Assembly (NCBI GenBank): GCA_944388735.1
Contig: CALXJX010000002.1
Coordinates: 2,480-66,479 of the forward strand
From: an uncultured Clostridia bacterium
Lineage (GTDB): Bacteria > Bacillota > Clostridia > TANB77 > CAG-508
Reading direction: 5' to 3'
Length of the DNA: 64,000 bases
Shown here one piece after another: positions 42,850 to 52,126 of the stretch (within the stretch, counting starts at the first letter, position 1; every line of letters begins with the position of its first letter). The notes beneath the pieces are model-generated. The model was not told the DNA's origin. It was given only the letters and a program-made list of their open reading frames with translations, and ran no database searches. The position numbers and the translations under genes are program-made.

Positions 42850-44337
42850 CTACTTAAATCTTTTACCTCTACCATGTTTCTTTTTTGGCCATTCATCATC
42901 ATCTTCTTCTATATTTTCTTTATCAACATAATCATCTTGGAAGTATGGTTGATTTGAATACTCGTCTTGTTCTTCATATTCTTCATTATCAAATTCCTCT
43001 GTATCCTCATCTTCACTATTTAAACCTGCAAATGGCACTCCTGAATATTCTTCTGCCCACTGTTTATTTTTTCTATGCCTAATAATTATAAAAATAATAA
43101 TTAATATGACAACAACAGCTATTACTACACCTATTATTATCATTCTTTGTTGATTTTCTTTTTCTTCTTGTTCTCTTGCTATTGCTTCTTCATCAACTAA
43201 ACTCTTATTTACTGTTATTTGATATGTAGCAACATTGTTTCCCTCTGCATCTGAAACTAATATTGTTATGATATTTTCTCCTTCTTGTAAATCTTCATTT
43301 CCTGTAATGTCTACTATATATGTTTCATCAGTTGGAGTTGCTTCTATTTCTAATTCAGTACTTTCTCCTATATATTTTGCCGTATATTCATATACTCCTG
43401 TTTCAAAACTTGGTGTTAAGTTCACATTACTTATTGTTAACTCTGCTAGCCCGTCTCCTATTGCTTCTTGACTTGTTTCTTCTGAAACCATATTTTCGTC
43501 TGTTGTATTTTCGTCAGTTGCATTTTCATCTTCGTTTTCTGTTGCAGTTTCTCTTGTTACATTAATTGTATATGTCTTTTTCGTACCGTCTTCTGCTGTT
43601 ACTGTGACTGTTAATGTATTTGCTCCTTCTTGTAATGACTTTGTTCCTGTTCCTGTAACTGTTGCCTTAGAATCTGCTTTTGTTGCATATACTTCTACTG
43701 ATTCAACATCATTTGGGACTGTAACATTATATGTCGTCGTTCCCTGTCTAAATCCTGAAAAGTCATTTGGTCTTATTCCTAAGTTGCTCAAATTAGCATT
43801 ACGTGATTTTTGAGGAGTTGGGGTTGTTGTTGGATTTGTTGGTGTTTGATCATTTGTTGTTGGATTTGTTGGCGTTGCTGGATTATTGCTTCCTGTAGTT
43901 CCTCCACCTGTGGTTCCACCACTATTATTATTTTCATTTCCTGAATTCGGATTATTTCCTGTTTGTCCTGATGAACTAGAATTTATACTAATTGATGTAC
44001 TCGTAGCTGGAACCTGTACATCTTTTCCTGTGGCATCAGACATAGTTTGTGGTGTAGCTGTAACTGTCGTACTTCCTGAACTTCCAACTGTTACAGTTGC
44101 AGATACGTTTCCTTCTACCCATACACTGCTTGTAGATAATGTTCCATTAGATGCACTCAAATTTACTTTACCAGTACAATCCGAAGAAATTGTTAGTGCA
44201 ACTGCTTGCCCTGGATTTGCTGAACTAGATGAAGGCTGTATTGAAATTGATGCAGCATTTACTGAGCTTGTAGCTAACCATATTATGCCTATAAAAACAA
44301 TTGACATTATAATATTTTTTAATTTCTTTTTATTCAT
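42850..44337 (-). CDS. Cell-surface protein with two cadherin-like beta-sandwich domains, a C-terminal TM anchor and an acidic tail
   Basis: Signal peptide MNKKKLKNIIMSIVFIGIIWLATSSVNAAS. S/T/G/N-rich linkers. Two LSNLGIRPNDFSGF...YNVTVPNDVESVEVYATKAD type domains. Hydrophobic helix IIIGVVIAVVVILIIIFIII followed by RHRKNK. Confidence 0.6.
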   Translation of the reverse strand: MNKKKLKNIIMSIVFIGIIWLATSSVNAASISIQPSSSSANPGQAVALTISSDCTGKVNLSASNGTLSTSSVWVEGNVSATVTVGSSGSTTVTATPQTMSDATGKDVQVPATSTSISINSSSSGQTGNNPNSGNENNNSGGTTGGGTTGSNNPATPTNPTTNDQTPTNPTTTPTPQKSRNANLSNLGIRPNDFSGFRQGTTTYNVTVPNDVESVEVYATKADSKATVTGTGTKSLQEGANTLTVTVTAEDGTKKTYTINVTRETATENEDENATDENTTDENMVSEETSQEAIGDGLAELTISNVNLTPSFETGVYEYTAKYIGESTELEIEATPTDETYIVDITGNEDLQEGENIITILVSDAEGNNVATYQITVNKSLVDEEAIAREQEEKENQQRMIIIGVVIAVVVILIIIFIIIRHRKNKQWAEEYSGVPFAGLNSEDEDTEEFDNEEYEEQDEYSNQPYFQDDYVDKENIEEDDDEWPKKKHGRGKRFK

Positions 44338-44519
44338 ATTTAATCACATTCCTTCCTAAAGGTACAAATCTGGTTGGAAAAGAATTAAATTTTGGCTAGG
44401 AAAACGAGTTTGAAATTTATGAGGCGTACTTTTTGTACGTTGATTAAATTTCAAACAAAGTTTGACAACGCCAAAATTGTAATTATTTTTCAACCTTTCC
44501 TCTCCTAAACCTTATTATT
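44338..44519 (-). promoter_or_regulatory. Conserved 5' leader/hairpin element ending in an extended Shine-Dalgarno sequence; shared with the lysS leader at 63387-63480
   Basis: mRNA sense: AGGAGAGGAAAGGTTGAAAAATAATTA-[95-nt nested palindrome]-ATTTAATTCTTTTCCAACCAGATTTGTACCTTTAGGAAGGAATGTGATTAAAT-ATG. The lysS copy has the same ends with a short loop. Confidence 0.35.
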
Positions 44520-46202
44520 TTAATGTTCCATAATATAATTTTTAACTAATACATAATCTCCTGCTGTAATCTTACCATCACCATTATAATCTGCTCCTTT
44601 TATATAAATTTCGCCTAATGATGATACTTCCATAATGTGATTTTTTATTAAAACATAATCACTTGCTAATATATTTCCGTCACCATTACAGTCACCTTCC
44701 TTTATAACTGTATATTTATCTTCTACAATATATCCTGTACCAATAACTGATTGTTCACTTTCCAGATACTCTCCATTTGCCTTTACAATTTTTACACTTC
44801 CACCAAAAGCATCTAATATATCTTGGGCAACGACATCAGGAGTAGTAGTAATAATGTTTTCCTCTTTGTTTATTTCCACCTTAACTTCATTCTCTCCACT
44901 ATTTCCACCAACTGGCACTAAATATAGTTTATAATTTGCCTCTGTATCATAAGTTTCTCTTGCTGCATAACCTATTGTTCCGTCTGACTTCATCACTTTG
45001 TCCCAGTAAGTTCCTTCTACTTTTGTTGTAGCTTTTTCCAATCTTGTTACATATTCATCTTTCCATAACCACCCAACTGTATTAGAACCATTAGGAGCAT
45101 CTCTTAATCTTAAAGAACTATCAACATTGACTTTTACAATATCTGTACTAGATGTATTTTCTTCTCCGTCTGTATTTGGTCTTGCAGATAATGTTGTTGG
45201 CATGTTTTTATATAATGGAATAATAAATGTATGTTGACTTGAAATTGCATTTATATTATCATAAGTATTCCTTAATGTTTGCTGTTCATTTTGTGCAGCT
45301 AGTAAATTTTGCATATATTGATGCCAATATAATTGTCCGTCTGAATTATCTACATCAAATTTTTGAAGGTATAATGTATTTTGTCCCTTATCAATATATT
45401 CTTTAGCTAAGATTTCTATTCCTCCATTTATTGATGCATCTAAACTTGTCCAACCGTATTTTTGAGCTTGTGCTAATCCATTTAAAATAACATTAGCTTC
45501 TCCACTTCCTGTTGCACCTATATTAAAAGCATTATAATAACCTACATATTGTCCATTATATCCATTACCTGCTGTCAATACAGAACCTGTGGTTCCTTGC
45601 TCTTGTATTAATCTTGCAACAATATAATATGGATTAATGTTATTTGTATTTGCAGAATTTATAATACCACTTGTATGCCCTTGCAAAAATGTTCCTTGAA
45701 CCATTTGTTCTATTGTTTCTGTATTGTATCCTCCATTTGTCAACTCTTCAAACTGAAAAATATCAGCAACATTTAAAAAATTTCTAGGATCCATTATGTA
45801 TTTTATTCCCTTTTCTGATGCACAACGCCAACTTCCATTATCATAAGCTTTATCTCCACAAATTGAGCAAATCCATTCATTTGTATATGTACCTGTTGGC
45901 TGTATTAAGTTTCTTGGTGAAGCTCCATGTCCTGTATATTCATTTGCAATAACTGTATTCCAATCTAAATCAGTATAAAGAAGTTTTATTGTCCAATTAG
46001 GAAACTGACTTTGTAAATTTTTTATTAGTTCTTTATATCCTGGATATTGTGATTCATCGATTCCGTCTATATCTGTTGATATAGTCTGTGTCAAAGCATA
46101 AGATTTGTTTGTTCCAAAAATAAACAAACTAGTTAATAATAATATAAAAATAATGAGTATTGAAAAAAGACTCTTTAACTTCTGCATAAGTTTCTCCTCC
46201 AA
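44520..46202 (-). CDS. Secreted GH73 N-acetylglucosaminidase with SH3b and a C-terminal type I dockerin
   Basis: Signal peptide. GQNTLYLQKFDV glucosaminidase-type motif. SH3b-like region (VKVNVDSSLRLRDAPNGS...). Two dockerin repeats, DCNGDGNILASDYVLIKNHIME and DYNGDGKITAGDYVLVKNYIME. Confidence 0.68.
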   Translation of the reverse strand: MEEKLMQKLKSLFSILIIFILLLTSLFIFGTNKSYALTQTISTDIDGIDESQYPGYKELIKNLQSQFPNWTIKLLYTDLDWNTVIANEYTGHGASPRNLIQPTGTYTNEWICSICGDKAYDNGSWRCASEKGIKYIMDPRNFLNVADIFQFEELTNGGYNTETIEQMVQGTFLQGHTSGIINSANTNNINPYYIVARLIQEQGTTGSVLTAGNGYNGQYVGYYNAFNIGATGSGEANVILNGLAQAQKYGWTSLDASINGGIEILAKEYIDKGQNTLYLQKFDVDNSDGQLYWHQYMQNLLAAQNEQQTLRNTYDNINAISSQHTFIIPLYKNMPTTLSARPNTDGEENTSSTDIVKVNVDSSLRLRDAPNGSNTVGWLWKDEYVTRLEKATTKVEGTYWDKVMKSDGTIGYAARETYDTEANYKLYLVPVGGNSGENEVKVEINKEENIITTTPDVVAQDILDAFGGSVKIVKANGEYLESEQSVIGTGYIVEDKYTVIKEGDCNGDGNILASDYVLIKNHIMEVSSLGEIYIKGADYNGDGKITAGDYVLVKNYIMEH

Positions 46203-46308
46203 AAATCTTTCGTTTATATATTTTCTTCATATTTTTCAAGTATTTTTCATGTCCATATTATATCATTATGTTTTTTGTGCGTCAACAAATTTTGTAGTAT
46301 TTATTGTT

Positions 46309-46322
46309 TTTTTGTGGTATAA
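46309..46322 (+). promoter_or_regulatory. Putative sigma-A extended -10 (TGGTATAAT) upstream of the U32 peptidase gene
   Basis: tttgtggtataatg about 105 nt upstream of the ATG at 46430. Confidence 0.3.
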
Positions 46323-46429
46323 TGTAAATATATACAACAAGTTAATTATTGATTGCATCAATTACAGTACATTTATATTTAGCATTATGTTTATCTATAG
46401 AATAAATCAAGAAAGGAATTGAATTTGTT

Positions 46430-48922
46430 ATGATTGAACTTTTATCGCCAGCTGGAGATTTTGAATGTCTAAAAGCTGCTGTACAAAATGGTGCCGATAG
46501 TGTATATCTAGGCTCAAGTTTATTTAGTGCAAGAGCTTTTGCATCTAATTTTGATTTAGCTGAACTAAAAAAAGCTATAGATTATGCAAAAATTCGTGGA
46601 GTAAAAACTAATTTAGCTCTTAATACACTAATAAAGAACAATGAATTTAAAGAAGCTTTTGAGTTAGCCAAAAAAGCCTATTTATATGGAATTGATGCTA
46701 TTATTGTTCAAGATTTAGGACTAGCAATGAAATTAATAAAAACTTTTCCTGATTTACCTATCCATGCTAGTACACAAATGACTGTACATAATTTAAATGG
46801 TGCTTTAGAACTTCAAAAACTTGGATTTAAAAGAGTAGTTTTATCCAGAGAACTCTCTATTAATGAAATCGAATATATTTGTAAAAATACTGACATTGAA
46901 ATCGAATGTTTTATACATGGTGCATTATGTATTTCATATTCTGGTCAATGCCTATTTTCTAGTATACTTGGTGGCCGTTCTGGAAATCGTGGTAAGTGTG
47001 CAGGTCCATGTAGGCTCCCATTTTCTCTACTTGAAAATAATAAAACAATTGACAGTGGTTATTTACTAAATACTCGTGATTTATGTGGATTAGAATATCT
47101 TCCTAGATTAATAGATGCCGGTGTTAGTTGTTTAAAAATTGAAGGAAGAACAAAGTCTCCTGAATATGTAGCAACAGTTACAAAAATATATAGAAAATAT
47201 CTAGATTTAGCTTTATCTAAAACAGATTATACTATTGATGAAGCTGAACAAAAAGATTTATTACAAGTATTTAACAGAGGAATGTCATCTTCTGGGCATT
47301 TAGATAATAATCCAAATAGAAATTTAGTTTTTAAGAAAAATCCTAGCAATATGGGATTGTTTTTAGGAATCGTGCAAAAATATAATCCTACTAAAGGATA
47401 CATTACACTTAAGGCAAATGAAAACCTAGAAATTGGAGATACTATTTCTTTAGAAAATGAGTCTGGATTATATAATGTTTCTGAATTAATGAAAGAAAAA
47501 CAAAATATTCATTCTGCATCACCTAAAGAAACAATTACAATTGGAAGAATGAAAGGTAATATCAATTTAGGTGATAAAATTTATAAAATGTATTCTAAAA
47601 ACTTGAATAAACTTGCAGAAGAAAGTTATAAAAAGGAACATAAAAAAATATTGCTTAATTGTAAAGTAACTTTAAAAAAAGGCCAACCTATTTCTATTAA
47701 TATATTTTCAGCAAATAAATTAAATGCCTATAAAGGCTTAAATATTAACTGTTTATTAGATTTCTGTCCTACTGAAGCAAAAAATAAGCCTTTAAGCAAA
47801 GACACTGTTATAAAACAAATTCAAAAAACAACAAATACTCCTTTTAAATTTAAAAATATTAATATAGATATGGATGATAATATCTTTTTGCCTAAATTAA
47901 GTATTTTAAATGAATTAAGAAGAATTGGTTTAGAATTGGTCTATAACCATATTATCCAAAATGGTGAACGAAATATGACAAACAATTCTACAAACAAAGA
48001 AATTGGGCAAAACACAATAAAAAGTGTTATGATTCAAAATGATAAGCAATATATAATAGAAACTTTAGCAAGTTCAAATAGGCTTAATGAAGAAACATCT
48101 TTATCTAAAAAGACATCTTTACTACTAAATATTTTAAAATTAGATTTTGATTATTCAAAATTGGATATTGTTGATAATATTTATATACCTTTAAAATATT
48201 TTTCTGATAAAAGATATTCTAACATTTTGAAAAGCCTTAATGATAAAGCTAATTTATACATATCTATGCCTACAATTATAAAAGGTAATTATAAAAATCT
48301 TTTATATAATAATGTTGAAAATGCAATTGGAAAATATAATATTAAAGGATTTGTAATTACTAATATATGTAATATAAAATTATTAGGAGACTTGTTTAAA
48401 GAAGTAAATAAAAGGTTTGAACTTATAGCAAATTATACGTTTAATATTTTTAATAATTATACTATTTCAGAATTACATGAACTAGGAGTTTCTCGCTTTA
48501 CTATATCCCCTGAGCTAGATAAAGATTCAATACTAGAATTATATAAAAATTCTTGCATTGACGGAGAATTAATCGTATATGGTAAAACTCCTTTATTAAA
48601 TATTAATTATTGTTTACTTGGTGAAACTGATAAGTGTTACCCTAATTGCCTACAAAGATGTACTAATGACAAAATCTATTATCTAAAAGATAGATTGAAT
48701 ATGAAGTTTAGAATATTGCCTGATAATATTCAAACAGTTACAACTATTTTTAATAGTAAAATAACTTCTATATCTCCTAATGATTTTCCAACTAATTTTG
48801 TACGTATAGATATTTTAGACGAAGATATTAATAGAATAAATGAAATTATTCGTACAGTGAAGTCTGGAAATCGTTTTGAAGGAAAAGATTATACAAGTGG
48901 TAATTTAAACAAATTTGTATAA
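46430..48922 (+). CDS. U32 family peptidase (collagenase-like), long form with a C-terminal extension
   Basis: N-terminal U32 core (MIELLSPAGDFECLKAAV, E..HGALCISYSGQCLFSS..GRSGNRGKCAGPCR Cys motif) and about 400 aa of additional C-terminal sequence. Confidence 0.85.
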   Translation: MIELLSPAGDFECLKAAVQNGADSVYLGSSLFSARAFASNFDLAELKKAIDYAKIRGVKTNLALNTLIKNNEFKEAFELAKKAYLYGIDAIIVQDLGLAMKLIKTFPDLPIHASTQMTVHNLNGALELQKLGFKRVVLSRELSINEIEYICKNTDIEIECFIHGALCISYSGQCLFSSILGGRSGNRGKCAGPCRLPFSLLENNKTIDSGYLLNTRDLCGLEYLPRLIDAGVSCLKIEGRTKSPEYVATVTKIYRKYLDLALSKTDYTIDEAEQKDLLQVFNRGMSSSGHLDNNPNRNLVFKKNPSNMGLFLGIVQKYNPTKGYITLKANENLEIGDTISLENESGLYNVSELMKEKQNIHSASPKETITIGRMKGNINLGDKIYKMYSKNLNKLAEESYKKEHKKILLNCKVTLKKGQPISINIFSANKLNAYKGLNINCLLDFCPTEAKNKPLSKDTVIKQIQKTTNTPFKFKNINIDMDDNIFLPKLSILNELRRIGLELVYNHIIQNGERNMTNNSTNKEIGQNTIKSVMIQNDKQYIIETLASSNRLNEETSLSKKTSLLLNILKLDFDYSKLDIVDNIYIPLKYFSDKRYSNILKSLNDKANLYISMPTIIKGNYKNLLYNNVENAIGKYNIKGFVITNICNIKLLGDLFKEVNKRFELIANYTFNIFNNYTISELHELGVSRFTISPELDKDSILELYKNSCIDGELIVYGKTPLLNINYCLLGETDKCYPNCLQRCTNDKIYYLKDRLNMKFRILPDNIQTVTTIFNSKITSISPNDFPTNFVRIDILDEDINRINEIIRTVKSGNRFEGKDYTSGNLNKFV

Positions 48923-48931
48923 CATCCATAA

Positions 48932-48962
48932 AAGGGAGAAAAATGATTTTTCTCCCTTTTAT
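48932..48962. terminator. Bidirectional terminator hairpin between the U32 gene and the RNHCP gene
   Basis: aaaagggagaaaaatgatttttctccctttt. Confidence 0.5.
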
Positions 48963-49028
48963 ATAATCAATTACATATTAATATATCAACATTTTTTCAC
49001 TCATTATATACTCTGTAAATAATAAAAT

Positions 49029-49337
49029 TTATCTACTACTTAATTGAATAATTAAGTCCATATTATCATCTTTTGCTGCTTTATTTCTTCTTATCATTCC
49101 ACATTTTTTACATTTAAATATAATAACATATCCTTTTTTGTTATTAATTTCTAGTCCAATAGGTTCTAAATCCCCATGGCACTCTTCAGCTCTATCTCCA
49201 GGATTTTTATCAACATGTTTAGAATGTAAACAATAAGGGCAATGATTTCTACAAGAATATCCCAATTTTGGAACTTTTTTTCCACAATTATCACATATAA
49301 ATTCTTCATCTATTTCTGTAAAATTTCTTGAATTCAT
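49029..49337 (-). CDS. RNHCP domain protein (Cys-rich zinc-ribbon)
   Basis: Contains the literal CRNHCPYC motif plus CDNCGKK and CKKCG ribbons. Confidence 0.7.
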   Translation of the reverse strand: MNSRNFTEIDEEFICDNCGKKVPKLGYSCRNHCPYCLHSKHVDKNPGDRAEECHGDLEPIGLEINNKKGYVIIFKCKKCGMIRRNKAAKDDNMDLIIQLSSR

Positions 49338-49422
49338 TTTTTACTTATTACCTTTCTCGTATAATAAATTGTTTTATTGATTTATTCAATATTTGTATTA
49401 TCCTATCATTTGTGAATTGTAA

Positions 49423-51063
49423 CTAATATTTAAAATCTCCCCCACCTAAAAATTCCTTTAATAAAGAATTATTTGGCACATATTCAGCTGGTATTGGTTC
49501 AAAATATCTTACCAAATTAATTAATCTTTCTGCTTCTGCATGCTCTGGTTCTTCTTTTGTAATTTCTTGTAGCAATGGCATAACTATTGGCTTTAAAGCT
49601 CCTATTTCATAAATTAGTGAAGTGTTAAATATACAATTTGCTTCCTCTTGAAATGGAAAAATATTTTTCTCTTCTCCTTTATTAACACTATCCCAAGCTT
49701 TTAATGTATGTTTTGCTGAATATCCTCTAAATTGATAATCTCTAACAATCCTTCTCAACAATCTATTATCTGTTGTTGATATCCTATTAAATCTGTCCAT
49801 ATTCAAAACAGTTAATGCACTTATATAAATTTTATATTTTTGTTCTTGTGGTATAGTTTGTGTTAATTTATCATTTAGACAATGAATACCTTCTATTACT
49901 AAAACTTCATCATCTTCCATTTTTAGCTTTTTGCCTTTATATCTTTTTGTTCCTTCAAGAAAATCAAATTCTGGAATTTCAACTTCTTCTCCGTGTAATA
50001 ATTTGGTCAAATGAGTATTAAATAATTCTAAATCTATTGCTTCTAAACATTCAAAATCATAATTTCCATTTTCATCTTTTGGAGTATCTTTTCTTTCAAC
50101 AAAATAATTATCAACAGAAATTGTCACAGGTTTTATTGCATTCAATCTTAACTGAATTCCTAATCTTTGAGCAAAAGTAGTCTTTCCTGATGAAGACGGT
50201 CCTGCAATTAATATCATTTTTATTTTTCTGTTTTTAGCAATTTCGTCTGCCATGTCTGCAATCTTCTTTTCATGCAATGCTTCTGCTAATAAAATAACAT
50301 CTTTTATTCTATCTTCTTTAATTGCAGTATTTAACTTATATACAGTATTAACATTCAAAATTCTGTGCAAATCTTCATACTCTTCTAATGCCCAAGCCAA
50401 TTTTTTTGTATCTCTTCCGATAGACAATTTATTTGGAGTTTTAAGGCTTGGATATCTTATTAAAAAACCGTCATTATATTTTTCTACTCTAAAAATATTA
50501 ACATATCCAGTTTGATCTGCCAAAGTTCCATAGCAATAATTATAATAATCTTCACAATAATACATGAAAATTTCTTGATTTTCCTCTAAATCAAATTGAA
50601 GCCTTCCTTTTGAGCTATCTGTCCTTTCGTAAAATTCTTTAGCTTCCTCTCTATTCATAACAACTTGTTTAATTGGTAAATCTTTCTCAACAATGCTTTT
50701 CATTTCTTTGTTCATTTTTTGTATAAATTCATCATCTATTTCTACTCTGTCAGCATCATAAAACATTGAATTTGCTAGTTGATAATTAACTGTCATCTTT
50801 TCTCCTGGACAAATTTTTTCAAAAGCTTTTCCTGCTATATACGTTAGTGTTCTTATATAAACCTTCATTCCTTCTTTTTGTGATAAATCTATTAATTCTA
50901 TAATTCCATCTTCTTTTATTTGAAATTGAAGATTTTTATATTCATTATTAAACTTTGCTGCTACAACACGGTATTCATTTTTTTCTATTTCGTCTTTTAA
51001 TAATTCTTTTATTGTTATTGGTTTATCTATTTCCATTGTTTTCTCTTGATATTTTATCTGCAT
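49423..51063 (-). CDS. Nucleoside/uridine kinase-like protein with an N-terminal TGS-like domain
   Basis: Central P-loop ILIAGPSSSGKTTFAQRLG of Udk/PRK-family type, 546 aa. This architecture is common in Clostridia. Confidence 0.6.
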   Translation of the reverse strand: MQIKYQEKTMEIDKPITIKELLKDEIEKNEYRVVAAKFNNEYKNLQFQIKEDGIIELIDLSQKEGMKVYIRTLTYIAGKAFEKICPGEKMTVNYQLANSMFYDADRVEIDDEFIQKMNKEMKSIVEKDLPIKQVVMNREEAKEFYERTDSSKGRLQFDLEENQEIFMYYCEDYYNYCYGTLADQTGYVNIFRVEKYNDGFLIRYPSLKTPNKLSIGRDTKKLAWALEEYEDLHRILNVNTVYKLNTAIKEDRIKDVILLAEALHEKKIADMADEIAKNRKIKMILIAGPSSSGKTTFAQRLGIQLRLNAIKPVTISVDNYFVERKDTPKDENGNYDFECLEAIDLELFNTHLTKLLHGEEVEIPEFDFLEGTKRYKGKKLKMEDDEVLVIEGIHCLNDKLTQTIPQEQKYKIYISALTVLNMDRFNRISTTDNRLLRRIVRDYQFRGYSAKHTLKAWDSVNKGEEKNIFPFQEEANCIFNTSLIYEIGALKPIVMPLLQEITKEEPEHAEAERLINLVRYFEPIPAEYVPNNSLLKEFLGGGDFKY

Positions 51064-51084
51064 ATTAAATCACTTTCCTTTCAT

Positions 51085-51150
51085 TTTGGAACGTTGGGGA
51101 CACTCCAAATCGTTCCACTTTTTGGAATATTAGAATCGTACCAACCAATT
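51085..51150. repeat. Family C-related repeat (GGAACGTTGGGGACAC core)
   Basis: ggaacgttggggacactccaaatcgttcca. Related copies at 30775-30800 and 6725-6760 carry the reverse-complement core gtgtccctaacgttcc. Confidence 0.35.
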
Positions 51151-51375
51151 CCGTCTTTTTTTTGTTACATTTTTTATTTTATCTTAAAAGTTTTAATTAG
51201 TCAAACTAAAAATACTTTCAGGCACATTCATCGTAATAATTTAGTTATATTTATTTTTATTCTGGATATACTTTAAATAGAAGTTTAAAAAATATACAAG
51301 GTTGAAAATCTTTAGCTTTCATAATTAATATTTGCAAACCTTAGAAAAACAAAAAAGAAAGGAACGGTAGTTTTT

Positions 51376-51552
51376 ATGGATATAAATAGAATTAATACTA
51401 TTTTAAATAATGATGAAAAGTTTGATGTATTTTATGAAAATAGACCTGTTTGGATTCAAGGTGTTAATGACAACATCGCCAAAATAGGCTTTGTTGACAA
51501 TTTTGAGGAACGAGATGTTTTCATTAATGATTTATATGAGCGAAAATTATAA
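51376..51552 (+). CDS. sspH: Small acid-soluble spore protein, SspH family (58 aa). It falls below the ORF-track length cutoff.
   Basis: MDINRINTILNNDEKFDVFYENRPVWIQGVNDNIAKIGFVDNFEERDVFINDLYERKL follows the SspH pattern M.I.RA..I......V.Y.G.PV.I. Followed by a terminator at 51600-51656. Confidence 0.55.
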   Translation: MDINRINTILNNDEKFDVFYENRPVWIQGVNDNIAKIGFVDNFEERDVFINDLYERKL

Positions 51553-51599
51553 TTTTATATAATAGCTTTAAAATCATTTATAATAATACTTTTTTTAAT

Positions 51600-51656
51600 T
51601 TATGAAACGCCTTGGAGTGTTGCTCATGTTTCACTTTTGACGTTTCATAAAAATTT
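51600..51656 (+). terminator. Rho-independent terminator
   Basis: tgaaacg ... cgtttca hairpin followed by TAAAAATTTTTTTT. Confidence 0.5.
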
Positions 51657-52126
51657 TTTTTAGTTTCATATATTATTTTTAGGTTTTCGCATAATTTTAT
51701 TTTTTAGTCAAATTCTGCTATTAATTTTTCTTAGATTTATAACAAAATCATAATTGTAATTACCAAAGCTATCAACGTTATAGCTTTATCTCTTTTAAGA
51801 TTTTCTTTTAAAAATTCCTTTTTAGTACATATTTTTTTTAATCTCTTCACTTTTAAACTTCTCCCTTCATTTGTTCATTTCTACTTTTACTAGTTTTTAT
51901 TTATTCAGCTAAAAATATTCATTTGTACTTTTATTTTCTACTTCATGATTAAAATTATGTTCCCTTGTTGTTACTAGTTTTTATAATTTTATATCTCATA
52001 TTATTTCTTGTCCACGAGCTAAAAACCACATTTTTTTATTTTTTTCCGGTTTATATCCACATAAAGCAATAAAAAAATACCTTAAAATAGAAATTTATTG
52101 TTTTCTAGTTTAAGATATTCTCCTAA

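Noticed and set aside
51735-51854. Possible 39-aa GTG-initiated small membrane ORF on the minus strand (VKRLKKICTKKEFLKENLKRDKAITLIALVITIMILL)
   Set aside because: Supported only by a weak RBS-like AGGGAG. Codon usage could not be assessed, and the ORF is too short for a confident call.
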